A stretch of DNA of 64,000 nt from Thermodesulfobacteriota bacterium (GTDB taxonomy: Bacteria > Desulfobacterota_D > UBA1144 > Nemesobacterales > Nemesobacteraceae). The notes beneath the pieces were generated by a model. The model was not told the origin of the DNA. It searched no databases and saw only the letters and a list, made by a program, of their open reading frames with translations. Of this stretch, positions 41,031 to 50,310 are shown in pieces. How positions within the stretch are numbered: the first letter of the stretch is position 1; each line of letters begins with the position of its first letter. The stretch covers positions 576,001 through 640,000 of the forward strand of contig OZ241855.1 in assembly GCA_965202785.1 (NCBI GenBank), in the 5' to 3' direction. A program made the translations under genes and the position numbers.

Positions 41031-42494
41031 CTAAACGCGTTTTCTCAAGAAAACGGCCGAGAACAAAATAGATGCCATCAAGAATAGGTTGAACAAAGCG
41101 CTTCGAGGCGTATCGGCGGTTGCGGTGATCGCGCATCCCCCATCATCCATCCTCATCGCCTCATCCTCCTTGCAGTATTCGGCACTGTCCAGATAAATTC
41201 CCGAACCGACAATGTAATATTGTGGAGGCGCACCGAGGGCGGCAAACCTACTAGGTGTTATGTCTATCACCTCGATGTAACTTTTCTTGATCGAGAGGCC
41301 AGGAACACTGTTCTTCTCAATATAGTCCTCAATACGGGTACTGGGGTCTTCGGGGTTGGCCCAGTGATATGTGACGAAACCGCCGTTTCCCTCTGCTAAA
41401 TCTGCGAGGTTCCCGCTTCCATCTGTCACTACCCTGCGAAAAGCGTCCCAGACAATTCTTCCATCACACTCAAACGGGTCCGGATCTTCTAATCCGACGC
41501 TCAGACCATGAAGATCAAAATCCAGCCCGTTTATAATCGAGATGCCCTGAACCGGGTCCAGCATGAAACTGTATATGGAACCATCTTTGAAATCCCCGGA
41601 GGCATAACATGATATTGTTTTAAAGCTTTCTGAAATGAATTTATTTTCAAGTTCCTCTCTAGCATCAGGACTAGCAAGACCCGGATTTTCTGTTATTATC
41701 CGGAGCGCCGCATCAGACCGTTGTGCCTTAGATTTCTCAGCGATTTCTTTTACATGCTGTACAAGGAGATCTTCTTTCCTTTGCGGGTCTGCCTCATCAT
41801 TGACCTGCTTGGCGGTAGTACTAAGTCTGAAATCCTCAGTTCCACAGTCAGGAGTGTCTTTGTCGATTACATCATAGTCGTCTCTCGCGTGATGAAAGCC
41901 TATGACGTTCGTCACAACAATATCAGCAACGGGGGTAACCACACCGATTCCACAAGCCACTTTGTTCTCTCCATTATCATTATAATCCACGCACACCGGA
42001 TCAGTATTGCCTGGGAACAATCCCGAATCAAGCAAGGTCTGTATGCTTCCGGTCGTCGTGCCGTTGGCATTTTCAAACCCGTAAGAAGTGATATATTTTC
42101 TGCCGTACAGATCGGGATATCGACTGTGATTTGGTATATACCCTTCGGATGTTATTCCTATGGAGTAAATATCGTTGTGATGGAAGACTCCATCGCCACC
42201 ATCTTCTTCTGTTTCTCTCGTTCGTTTCAAGAATATCGTGAATTCTCTCGACCGCTCCGATTTGTTGAGATCCGGATCTGTTGCAATTTGGTTGATGTGT
42301 TCTGACAGATGAAGAACAAGATTCTTGATACTGTCTCTATTTGCAATATCGGTGATATCCTTCGCATTTATATCGAGTTCTGCACTGTGTGTATAGCCTT
42401 TGTACTGATGAGCGGATGCTTCAATACCGAACGAAAAACCAGAAACCGCCGCTAAAAACAAACTCAAAATTATTCTACGGATTATTAAGCTCAT
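41031..42494 (-). CDS. Secreted Cache-domain protein with a C-terminal GGC-TM sorting-like tail
   Basis: Signal peptide (EASA/H); FKDGSIYSFMLD...GFVTYHWANP...KKSYI...IVGSGIY resembles sCache_2; tail DDGGCAITATADTPRSALFNLFLMASILFSAVFLRKRV. Confidence 0.7.
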   Translation of the reverse strand: MSLIIRRIILSLFLAAVSGFSFGIEASAHQYKGYTHSAELDINAKDITDIANRDSIKNLVLHLSEHINQIATDPDLNKSERSREFTIFLKRTRETEEDGGDGVFHHNDIYSIGITSEGYIPNHSRYPDLYGRKYITSYGFENANGTTTGSIQTLLDSGLFPGNTDPVCVDYNDNGENKVACGIGVVTPVADIVVTNVIGFHHARDDYDVIDKDTPDCGTEDFRLSTTAKQVNDEADPQRKEDLLVQHVKEIAEKSKAQRSDAALRIITENPGLASPDAREELENKFISESFKTISCYASGDFKDGSIYSFMLDPVQGISIINGLDFDLHGLSVGLEDPDPFECDGRIVWDAFRRVVTDGSGNLADLAEGNGGFVTYHWANPEDPSTRIEDYIEKNSVPGLSIKKSYIEVIDITPSRFAALGAPPQYYIVGSGIYLDSAEYCKEDEAMRMDDGGCAITATADTPRSALFNLFLMASILFSAVFLRKRV

Positions 42495-42733
42495 ATCTGA
42501 GAACCTCCCTCAACATATCCTTTTCCTCTTCCAAACCTCAGCAATATGGAATGACCGTTCCTTGCTACGAATATTCTACAGTTTTAAATTTTTTGTCAAA
42601 ACACCTATAAAAATAGGCATCTGCGATGTAATGGTTTTCGGGGTTCAGGTTTCAGGAACCAGAGCGGTATCAGCGTAACACCCCGACACAAGCGACACCA
42701 TACCTCCGGGTTTCCGATCATGCTCGGCACACT

Positions 42734-42768
42734 AAAAAAAGGGGGGACTCGAAAGTCCCCCTTTTTTT
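42734..42768. terminator. Strong intrinsic terminator downstream of the AmiS/UreI gene
   Basis: AAAAAAAGGGGGGAC-TCGAAA-GTCCCCCTTTTTTT. Confidence 0.9.
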
Positions 42769-42789
42769 GTAAACCACCTGTAAACCGGC

Positions 42790-42960
42790 ACTCCCTTGCT
42801 TCAAAGACAAGGAATTATTTGCTCGGCGACTGCTACTTGAAGCTGAAGTCGCCTCGCAAACTTCCGTTAAGTTTCGGACTGCCTAGCCGAAACAAAACTG
42901 ACTCTTAAAAGTCCCGTGCTTCCCGTTCATCCCGACACCGGGATTTTTCAGAAAAGCACG
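42790..42960 (-). other. Multi-hairpin structured 3' UTR or candidate ncRNA
   Basis: Consecutive inverted repeats CCTTG/CAAGG, GGCGACT/AGTCGCC, GTTTCGG/CCGAAAC, CGTGCTT/AAGCACG with nested ATCCCG/CGGGAT. Confidence 0.4.
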
Positions 42961-42973
42961 ACAGTATCAAACC

Positions 42974-43498
42974 TTAGCCTGGTACTCCACCGAGAGGATT
43001 CCACTTCTCTGTAAGCAGAAGCATTCCCGGTATCAACAGAGTCACTATCGACTCTATTATGAACAGATAGGCTATCGGCTTGCCAAGATCCTGTCCCTGC
43101 GAGAACGCGAGGAAGCAAAGAAGTACCAGCAAAGCCCATGCCCAGCAGAAGTACGCAAAGTACGCAAGCCCAAGTGCCTGGAAATGAGCCCCGTACCATA
43201 TAAACACCACCGTTGCGAAAAGACAGTACACTCCAAGCCCTTTCGCGTCATGTCCGTGTACGAATACCGCGTAGACTATCAGGTATATCAATGCAAATAC
43301 CGATACTAGCGCGGTAGCCGCCGTAAGACCCAGGGTGTGCAGCTTCCAAGCGGCAATCGCTATGAGAACGCCGACTCCAAGATTGAGCACGCCCACTTCC
43401 TTCGCTCCGGTTTTACCCAAAAGGGTCATTCCGTTCGCGAAGAACACAAACCCTACGAGCAGCAAAACGTAACCTAACAAAGCTTCTATTGGAACCAT
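42974..43498 (-). CDS. AmiS/UreI family amide/urea channel
   Basis: LLLVGFVFFANG, KEVGVLNL.VG, FALIYL, KGLGVYCLF, WAWA.L, TLLIPG; about 6 TM segments. Confidence 0.85.
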   Translation of the reverse strand: MVPIEALLGYVLLLVGFVFFANGMTLLGKTGAKEVGVLNLGVGVLIAIAAWKLHTLGLTAATALVSVFALIYLIVYAVFVHGHDAKGLGVYCLFATVVFIWYGAHFQALGLAYFAYFCWAWALLVLLCFLAFSQGQDLGKPIAYLFIIESIVTLLIPGMLLLTEKWNPLGGVPG

Positions 43499-43630
43499 AC
43501 TAACCATACCTCCTGTATGAGATCATAACCGTTCCTGGTCCCAAGACAGGGACCGCTAATTATGCTTTTATCACAGGAGCGTATTCAATGTCAAGCGTAA
43601 ATTACAACCGCAACTCGGGGCAAAACGACA

Positions 43631-44128
43631 TTACCGGGAAGGAATAAAATCCAAAGCGACCGAGTTTATGCAGTATCGAAGCCCCGTTGGAGGAGGACCA
43701 TCTTTGAAAACATGTCCCAGGTGTTCTCCGCATTTACTTGATACTACCTCATAGCGCCTGAGTCCGAAGGAATTGTCGGGGACTATCCTCACGGCGTCCT
43801 CGCTTACGGGCCTCCAGAAACTCGGCCATCCGGTTTTTGAATCGTATTTATGCTCGGAGGAAAAAACGGGCTGTCCGCAGCCGGCGGTCACGTATACCCC
43901 TTTTTCCTTGTTGTAAAGCAGTTCCCCCGAGAAGGGAGCTTCCGTGCCTTTTTTCCAGAGCACTTTGTACTCAAGGGGCGAAAGCTTCTTTTTCCACTGC
44001 TCCGTGGTAAGTCCCATTATCCCCTCGGGCGGCCTCTTCTCAGCCTGCTCGCCTCCCGCGGGCGAAAACGGCGAAAAAACAAGGACCGAAACCGCAAGGA
44101 TAATCAAGAATATTCCGCGCACAATCAT
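43631..44128 (-). CDS. msrB: Peptide-methionine (R)-S-oxide reductase with signal peptide
   Basis: GTEAPF, KYDSKTGWPSF, HLGHVF.DGP, RYCINS. Confidence 0.95.
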   Translation of the reverse strand: MIVRGIFLIILAVSVLVFSPFSPAGGEQAEKRPPEGIMGLTTEQWKKKLSPLEYKVLWKKGTEAPFSGELLYNKEKGVYVTAGCGQPVFSSEHKYDSKTGWPSFWRPVSEDAVRIVPDNSFGLRRYEVVSSKCGEHLGHVFKDGPPPTGLRYCINSVALDFIPSR

Positions 44129-44241
44129 GAAGATGACCTCTTACTTCTGAATATAAACATCCGCGGTGTTCATGTAAAGTGTCTTAAAATCAGGTATCTA
44201 AAAACAAAAACCCTGCGCGAAGCGCGGTGGAGGTAACAAGC

Positions 44242-45636
44242 ATGCCGAAAACACTTGAGGTTCTCGGAGTCTACGACGAAAAACTCATAAGAAAAATTCC
44301 CGTGACCAGCAAAAAGGAGATGCAGAAAGCGCTTTCCGAGGCAAGGGCTCTTGCCGATAGGCCTTCAGAGAGAATTCCCGTTCCGCAAAGAATAGAGATC
44401 CTCGAGCGAACCAGGGCGTTTGTAGAGAGAAACTACGACCGTATCGTAGCGGACGCCGCCGCAGAGGGAGGAAAACCCCTCATTGACACCAGAGCCGAGA
44501 TTACGAGGGCCATAAACGGAATAAAGGTGGCGGCCGAATCCCTCTCAAATCTCGGAGGAGAGGAAATACCCATGGGCTCAAACGCCGCTTCCCTTAACAG
44601 GATGGCATTCACTCTCAGGGAACCTATAGGGGTCGTGGTGGCCATCTCGGCCTTCAATCACCCTTTTAACCTCGCCGTTCACCAAGTGATACCAGCGGTG
44701 GCTGTCGGCTGCCCGGTAATCATAAAACCCGCGCTTAATACCCCCCTTTCCTGCCTTAACCTGCTTGAAGCTCTCTACGAGAGCGGTCTTCCGGAAAAGT
44801 GGGCCCGCCCCGTTATAGTGGACGATACGCTCGCCGAGGCGCTGGCCACCGACAGAAGGGTCAACTACCTTACATTCATCGGCTCCGCCAAAGTGGGATG
44901 GCATCTGAGGTCAAGACTCGCACCGGGAACGAGATGTGCTCTTGAGCACGGGGGCGCGGCTCCCGTGATAGTGGAGCGCGACGCCGACATAGACGACATG
45001 CTTCCCCTTCTGGCAAAAGGCGGCTTCTACCACGCGGGCCAGGTCTGCGTTTCCGTGCAAAGGGTTTTCGCACAAAGCTCGGTAGTGAAAAAGGTCGCCA
45101 GGGGACTTAAAAAACTCGCCCTTGAGACAAAAGTCGGAGACCCGATGAGCGAAGACACGCAGATAGGCCCCCTTATAAACCCGAAGGAGGTTTCGAGAGT
45201 CCATACCTGGGTAAGAGAGGCTTTGAGAAAAGACGGAAAGCTTCTTTGCGGAGGCAGGAAAATAGGGAAAACCTGCTACGAACCCACGGTAATCCTTAAC
45301 CCGAGCCAGAGTTGCAGGCTATCGCGCGAGGAAATCTTCGGACCCGTTATAGCCGTTTACTCTTATGAGAAAACGGACGATGCCATAGAACTGGCAAACA
45401 GCCTCCCCTACTCGTTTCAGGCGTCGGTATTCACCAAGAACATCGATACCGCCCTTGGGGCCGTGAAGAAGTTAAAGGCGGCCTCAGTGCTCGTAAACGA
45501 TCACACCGCGTTCCGGGTCGACTGGATGCCTTTCCGGGGAGCCGGGCACTCGGGAATAGGAACGGGAGGAATTCCGTACACTATGCGCGAGATGACCCAC
45601 GAAAAACTTATGGTGATAAGGTCATCCGCGGTATAA
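44242..45636 (+). CDS. Aldehyde dehydrogenase family protein
   Basis: AFNHP, FIGS, LEHGG, GQVCVS, EEIFGP. Confidence 0.93.
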   Translation: MPKTLEVLGVYDEKLIRKIPVTSKKEMQKALSEARALADRPSERIPVPQRIEILERTRAFVERNYDRIVADAAAEGGKPLIDTRAEITRAINGIKVAAESLSNLGGEEIPMGSNAASLNRMAFTLREPIGVVVAISAFNHPFNLAVHQVIPAVAVGCPVIIKPALNTPLSCLNLLEALYESGLPEKWARPVIVDDTLAEALATDRRVNYLTFIGSAKVGWHLRSRLAPGTRCALEHGGAAPVIVERDADIDDMLPLLAKGGFYHAGQVCVSVQRVFAQSSVVKKVARGLKKLALETKVGDPMSEDTQIGPLINPKEVSRVHTWVREALRKDGKLLCGGRKIGKTCYEPTVILNPSQSCRLSREEIFGPVIAVYSYEKTDDAIELANSLPYSFQASVFTKNIDTALGAVKKLKAASVLVNDHTAFRVDWMPFRGAGHSGIGTGGIPYTMREMTHEKLMVIRSSAV

Positions 45637-45649
45637 AAAGATCCTAGAA

Positions 45650-45690
45650 AAAAGTTCCTGCCGGGACCGAATCCATCCCGGCAGGAAAAT
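45650..45690. terminator. Inverted repeat/terminator between convergent genes
   Basis: 12-bp stem TTCCTGCCGGGA / TCCCGGCAGGAA. Confidence 0.7.
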
Positions 45691-45710
45691 ATCGTTGCGA
45701 CAAGACAGGC

Positions 45711-48251
45711 TTAGAAGCTGTACTCGTAAGCCACGTAGTAATAGCCACCGTTAAATCCAAAAGGCGCCGAACGCCGCGAGTAGGTGAAAACTCCCGGGGA
45801 ATCGACTATAAGAGACCCGTCGTGATCATATATGGTACCGCCCCTTGACTGGCCGATCTCGTTTTTGTCGGGCTTTACATCAAAAAGGTTGTTTGCCCCG
45901 ACTTTAATCGTGCCGACTTTGCCCAGTCCCAGGCTAAGATTCGCATCGGTAATGTACTTTGCTCCATAAGTCTGGCTTTTCCCGCCGTCAACAACCGTAT
46001 ATTCCCCGTAGCGGTGAACGGCAACCAGCAGGGATGCGAATCCTTTTGAATAAGAACCGGAAAGGGAGAACCGGTCCTTAGGCTGCCATTCTTCTATAAT
46101 CGAACGGTCCTGCGCCGTAAAAAGCTCTTCGGGAAGGCCGAGCGGAAGATTCACGTCCGTGATCTCGGTTTCGTTTACAGTTCCCGCAAAAACGATTTTT
46201 AAAGTAGACCTGTCGGAAAAAGAATGATCATAACTCGCGACCACATCTACCCCCTTGGTCGTAGTGTCCGCGGCGTTCATGAAGAACTGACCCTGCTGAG
46301 CCCCTACGCTATCCCTTACCGACTGGGGAATAGCTTCATTGCCCTCGCTAATCCTTCCGCTCAGGATAATACGATCGTCAATCAGTATGTAGTAGAAATC
46401 GGTCGTAATTGTGAGAGCGGGGAACGGGTTGAACACGAAACCGGCGCTGAAATTCCTTGAAGTTTCTTCTTTAAGCTCCGGAACTCCTATCATCCTTGCC
46501 AGATCACTGTCATTACGGAAAGTCCCCACTTCAAATGCATCAAATTCTCCCGTCTGCTCATTAAGATTGAACTGTGTCGAGACGTTATTGAAATAAATCT
46601 GCTGCATGGAGGGAGCCCTAAACCCGGTGCTCGCAGAACCTCTAAGGGCAAACGAATCGGAAAGCCCGGCTCGGGCGGAGAGTTTTCCGTTAAAGGTGTT
46701 TCCGAAATCGCTGTAGTTCTCGTAGCGCACCGCAGGACTTAAAAGCAGCACCTCCCCCACGTCAAACTCCGCGTCGGCGTAAGCGGAAAAAGCATCCCTC
46801 GCTTCTGAAAGCTCGTTGCTAGGCTTGAAACCAGGAAATACCTGTATTCCGGGAGACCCTCTACCTCCAGGACCATCGTAGTCTTCATATGAATACGCTT
46901 CGCCGGCTTCTATTTCATATTCCTCCCTTCTGTACTCACCTCCCCAGGCAAGATTTCCAAACGTAAAAGGAGCTGTAAAATCAAGATTCACGTTATGCTG
47001 AAGAAGCTTCAACTCTCCCGCGTCGGCGGACAGTGGAATTGAACCGGTGTAATCCGCATCGGAGAGACATTGCTCCGCTTCACCGGTATGACACCTGACC
47101 CATGAAGCGTTATGGGAATCAGTGATTTCAAAGGAAAAAGAGTTTCCACCCACTACATAACTCGCGTCCATTTTGACGCTGTCGGTAAGGTCTCCCTCGA
47201 AACCCAGACCGACTCCGAAATCATTTATACTGGTGTTGATAAGAGGAAGAAAACCGTCCGGGTAATCTGATCCGGCAGGGTTTCTGTCAAGCTGATTCGC
47301 CCTTCTGTAAAAACCTCCGCTCTCGTTTTCCCTTTTTGACAGGTCAAAGAAGCTGTAAATCTCACCGTGCATCAGGTCCACCGGCGCTCTCATGTTGAGC
47401 ACAAAACTTACGTGCGTGGAATCTGCGTCACCCACTCTGAACCTGTCCCTGTCAAAGACACGCTCGGGATCGTTTACACTGTTGGCTGAAAGCGTCCGCG
47501 GACCACTCAGGCTTCCGCACGGGGCCGCATTTCCATCCGCGTCAAGACATTCACTTCCCGGATACTGGATATCTCCCATTACTCCCGCCCTGTTGGAACG
47601 GCTCCTGTCCCTTACTTCAAGGGTCGCATTAACGACGCTTTCGCCGCCGAGCGAAAAACCCTTGTTTATGCTCGCCACAAGAGTTTCTCCGTCTCCTTCG
47701 TAGAGCTGTCCGGCAGTCGCCGTTATCTTGCCGTCGTAGCCGTCCTTAAGGATTATGTTTATAACACCGGATATAGCATCTGAACCGTACTGCGCTGAAG
47801 CACCGTCCCTCAGCACCTCGATTCTCTTTATGGCACTTACGGGAATCGTGTTCATGTCAACGCCCGCGGTACCACGACCCACGGAGGTGTTTACGTGTAT
47901 AAGGGCGCTTTTGTGGCGCCGCTTTCCGTTAACAAGCACCAGAACCTGATCAGGTCCAAGGCCTCGAAGTGTGGCGGGGCGAAGAGAATCGGTTCCGTCG
48001 CTTATGGTCGAGCTCGAGAAATTAAAAGACGGTATGAGCTCCTGAATAATTCTTCCCACCTCGGTCTGGCCCGTCGCGACGATCTCCTCTTCGGTTATGA
48101 CGTCAACGGGAACCGGGGAGTCTGAAACGCTGCGTTCCTCAAAACGGCTTCCGAGCACTACGAGCTTTTCAAGTTCGAAAGCGTTTGTTAAGGGACTTAG
48201 CAAACCTGCAACTAGCAGTGTGGCAAGTCCCGCAATGATTCCTTTTCTCAT
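45711..48251 (-). CDS. TonB-dependent outer-membrane receptor
   Basis: Signal peptide, LVVLGSR, LRGLGPDQVLVLVNGKR, RIEVLRDGASAQYGSDA, C-terminal YSF. Confidence 0.95.
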   Translation of the reverse strand: MRKGIIAGLATLLVAGLLSPLTNAFELEKLVVLGSRFEERSVSDSPVPVDVITEEEIVATGQTEVGRIIQELIPSFNFSSSTISDGTDSLRPATLRGLGPDQVLVLVNGKRRHKSALIHVNTSVGRGTAGVDMNTIPVSAIKRIEVLRDGASAQYGSDAISGVINIILKDGYDGKITATAGQLYEGDGETLVASINKGFSLGGESVVNATLEVRDRSRSNRAGVMGDIQYPGSECLDADGNAAPCGSLSGPRTLSANSVNDPERVFDRDRFRVGDADSTHVSFVLNMRAPVDLMHGEIYSFFDLSKRENESGGFYRRANQLDRNPAGSDYPDGFLPLINTSINDFGVGLGFEGDLTDSVKMDASYVVGGNSFSFEITDSHNASWVRCHTGEAEQCLSDADYTGSIPLSADAGELKLLQHNVNLDFTAPFTFGNLAWGGEYRREEYEIEAGEAYSYEDYDGPGGRGSPGIQVFPGFKPSNELSEARDAFSAYADAEFDVGEVLLLSPAVRYENYSDFGNTFNGKLSARAGLSDSFALRGSASTGFRAPSMQQIYFNNVSTQFNLNEQTGEFDAFEVGTFRNDSDLARMIGVPELKEETSRNFSAGFVFNPFPALTITTDFYYILIDDRIILSGRISEGNEAIPQSVRDSVGAQQGQFFMNAADTTTKGVDVVASYDHSFSDRSTLKIVFAGTVNETEITDVNLPLGLPEELFTAQDRSIIEEWQPKDRFSLSGSYSKGFASLLVAVHRYGEYTVVDGGKSQTYGAKYITDANLSLGLGKVGTIKVGANNLFDVKPDKNEIGQSRGGTIYDHDGSLIVDSPGVFTYSRRSAPFGFNGGYYYVAYEYSF

Positions 48252-48486
48252 CTCCATCCTCCTTGATCTGAAATAATGCGGATTTTCGATTATAACACAG
48301 AACACAGCATAGTTTAAAGCGTAATATCTACAGGAAAACGAAAAATCTAGAAATAATTGCCCTTCCTTACGAGTCCTAAGAAAAACCACCGCGGAGCAAG
48401 TGTAGGCAATCGGGTTCCATCAAGGCACGATGGGTCTTCCCGGCGTTTGAAACATAAGGACATTGCTTTATACTTTCAGCCTGATC

Positions 48487-50283
48487 ATGGAAACAGACTT
48501 AATTCGAAATTTCTCCATAATAGCCCACGTCGATCACGGCAAGTCAACTCTCGCCGACAGGCTCCTTGAGTTCACCGGCACCCTAAGCGAACGCGAGAAA
48601 ACCGAGCAGTTCCTAGACAACATGGAGATAGAGAGAGAAAGGGGAATAACGATAAAAGCCCAGGCGGTAAGACTCAAGTACAAAGCTGACGACGGCAGAA
48701 CATACGAATTCAACCTTATAGACACTCCCGGGCACGTCGATTTCAGCTATGAAGTGTCGCGAAGCCTGATAGCGTGCGAGGGAGCTCTACTGGTCGTTGA
48801 CGCCTCCCAGGGAGTTGAGGCCCAGACGCTTGCCCATGCCTACCTGGCCGCCGACTCCGGGCTTGAACTCGTCCCCGTCGTAAACAAAATAGACCTGCCT
48901 TCCGCGGAACCCGACAGGGTGAAAAAAGAGATAGAGGACATAGTCGGAATCTCCACCGAGGACGCCGTTTTGGCAAGCGCCAAGGAAGGAACCGGCACTA
49001 AGGAAATACTGGAATCGATCGTGGCGCTCATACCGCCCCCGAAAACCCCCGAGGACTCAAGGCTCAAGGCACTCATATTCGACAGCTGGTTCGATTCGTA
49101 CCAGGGCGTCGTGATGCTGGTAAGGATATACGAAGGAACGGTAAGACTCGGGATGAACATCAAGCTAATGGCAACCGGCAAGAAATACGAAGTCAGGAAA
49201 ATAGGTACGTTCGCTCCGCAGGCAACAGAACTTGAGCAGCTCGGGGCGGGACAGGTCGGATTCATAACTGCCTCTATAAAGGAAATCGGCGAGGCGGGGG
49301 TCGGGGATACAATAACGGCGGCCGATTCCCCCACTGAAAAGCCCCTCGAGGGGTTCAAGGTAATAAAACCCATGGTCTTCAGCGGACTCTACCCAATCGA
49401 TACGGGAGATTACGACAAACTGAAAGAGGGACTCGAAAAACTCAAACTAAATGACTCATCTCTCGTTTACGAACCGGAGACATCGCTTGCGCTCGGATTT
49501 GGATTCCGCTGCGGTTTTCTCGGACTTCTTCACATGGAGATCGTGCGGGAGAGAGTGGAGAGGGAATTCGAAGTGAATCTCATAACGACTGCCCCCACGG
49601 TTATTTACAGGGCCGTCTATCCGGGAGGAAAGGAAGTTTACGTCGATAACCCGAGCGAACTTCCGACGGGCGACCGCTCAGCCCGGCTCCAGGAACCGTA
49701 CGTGTACGTGTCTGTTCACACCCCTTCGGATTACCTTGGGCAGATATTCGAGCTCTGCGAGAAAAGAAGGGGGATACAGAGGAACCTGAGCTACGTGACC
49801 GAGAACAGGGCCATAATCGAATACGAACTTCCCCTTGCGGAAATAGTCTACGATTTCTACGACACCCTTAAATCCGTCACCAAGGGGTATGCCTCGATGG
49901 ATTACGAACCCGCGGGATACAAGGATTCTGACCTCATAAAGCTCGATATTCTCGTTAACGGAAACCCGGTTGACGCGCTCTCCATAATCTCTCACAAGGA
50001 CAAAGCATACGAGAGGGGGAGGGAACTTATAGTGAAGCTCCGCTCGCTAATCCCCCGCCAGCTCTACGAGGTAGCCATACAGGCGGCGATCGGAAGCCGG
50101 GTGATAGCCCGCGAATCCGTAAAGGCGATGAGAAAGGACGTTACCTCCAAGTGCTACGGGGGGGACGTCACCAGGAAAAGAAAGCTTCTTGAGAAACAGA
50201 AAGAGGGAAAAAAGAGGATGAAGCAGGTAGGAAGGGTGGAGATACCGCAGGAAGCTTTTCTGGCCGTGCTTAAAAACGACTGA
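48487..50283 (+). CDS. lepA: Elongation factor 4
   Basis: [49 protein letters not shown]. Confidence 0.98.
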   Translation: METDLIRNFSIIAHVDHGKSTLADRLLEFTGTLSEREKTEQFLDNMEIERERGITIKAQAVRLKYKADDGRTYEFNLIDTPGHVDFSYEVSRSLIACEGALLVVDASQGVEAQTLAHAYLAADSGLELVPVVNKIDLPSAEPDRVKKEIEDIVGISTEDAVLASAKEGTGTKEILESIVALIPPPKTPEDSRLKALIFDSWFDSYQGVVMLVRIYEGTVRLGMNIKLMATGKKYEVRKIGTFAPQATELEQLGAGQVGFITASIKEIGEAGVGDTITAADSPTEKPLEGFKVIKPMVFSGLYPIDTGDYDKLKEGLEKLKLNDSSLVYEPETSLALGFGFRCGFLGLLHMEIVRERVEREFEVNLITTAPTVIYRAVYPGGKEVYVDNPSELPTGDRSARLQEPYVYVSVHTPSDYLGQIFELCEKRRGIQRNLSYVTENRAIIEYELPLAEIVYDFYDTLKSVTKGYASMDYEPAGYKDSDLIKLDILVNGNPVDALSIISHKDKAYERGRELIVKLRSLIPRQLYEVAIQAAIGSRVIARESVKAMRKDVTSKCYGGDVTRKRKLLEKQKEGKKRMKQVGRVEIPQEAFLAVLKND

Positions 50284-50310
50284 AGGCAAAGCCCCCCTTG
50301 GAAGTGAACT

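Larger units (their letters stand above)
40702..42732 (-). mobile_element. Putative RT-less group IIC intron-derived element enclosing a cargo gene
   Basis: 5' GTGTGCCGAGCATG (42732-42719) directly after a terminator U-tract; DV/DVI 3' end at 40702; co-oriented 487-aa ORF between them. Confidence 0.5.

Noticed and set aside
48252-48486. Riboswitch or Fur box upstream of the TonB receptor
   Set aside because: AT-rich, but no convincing consensus match.
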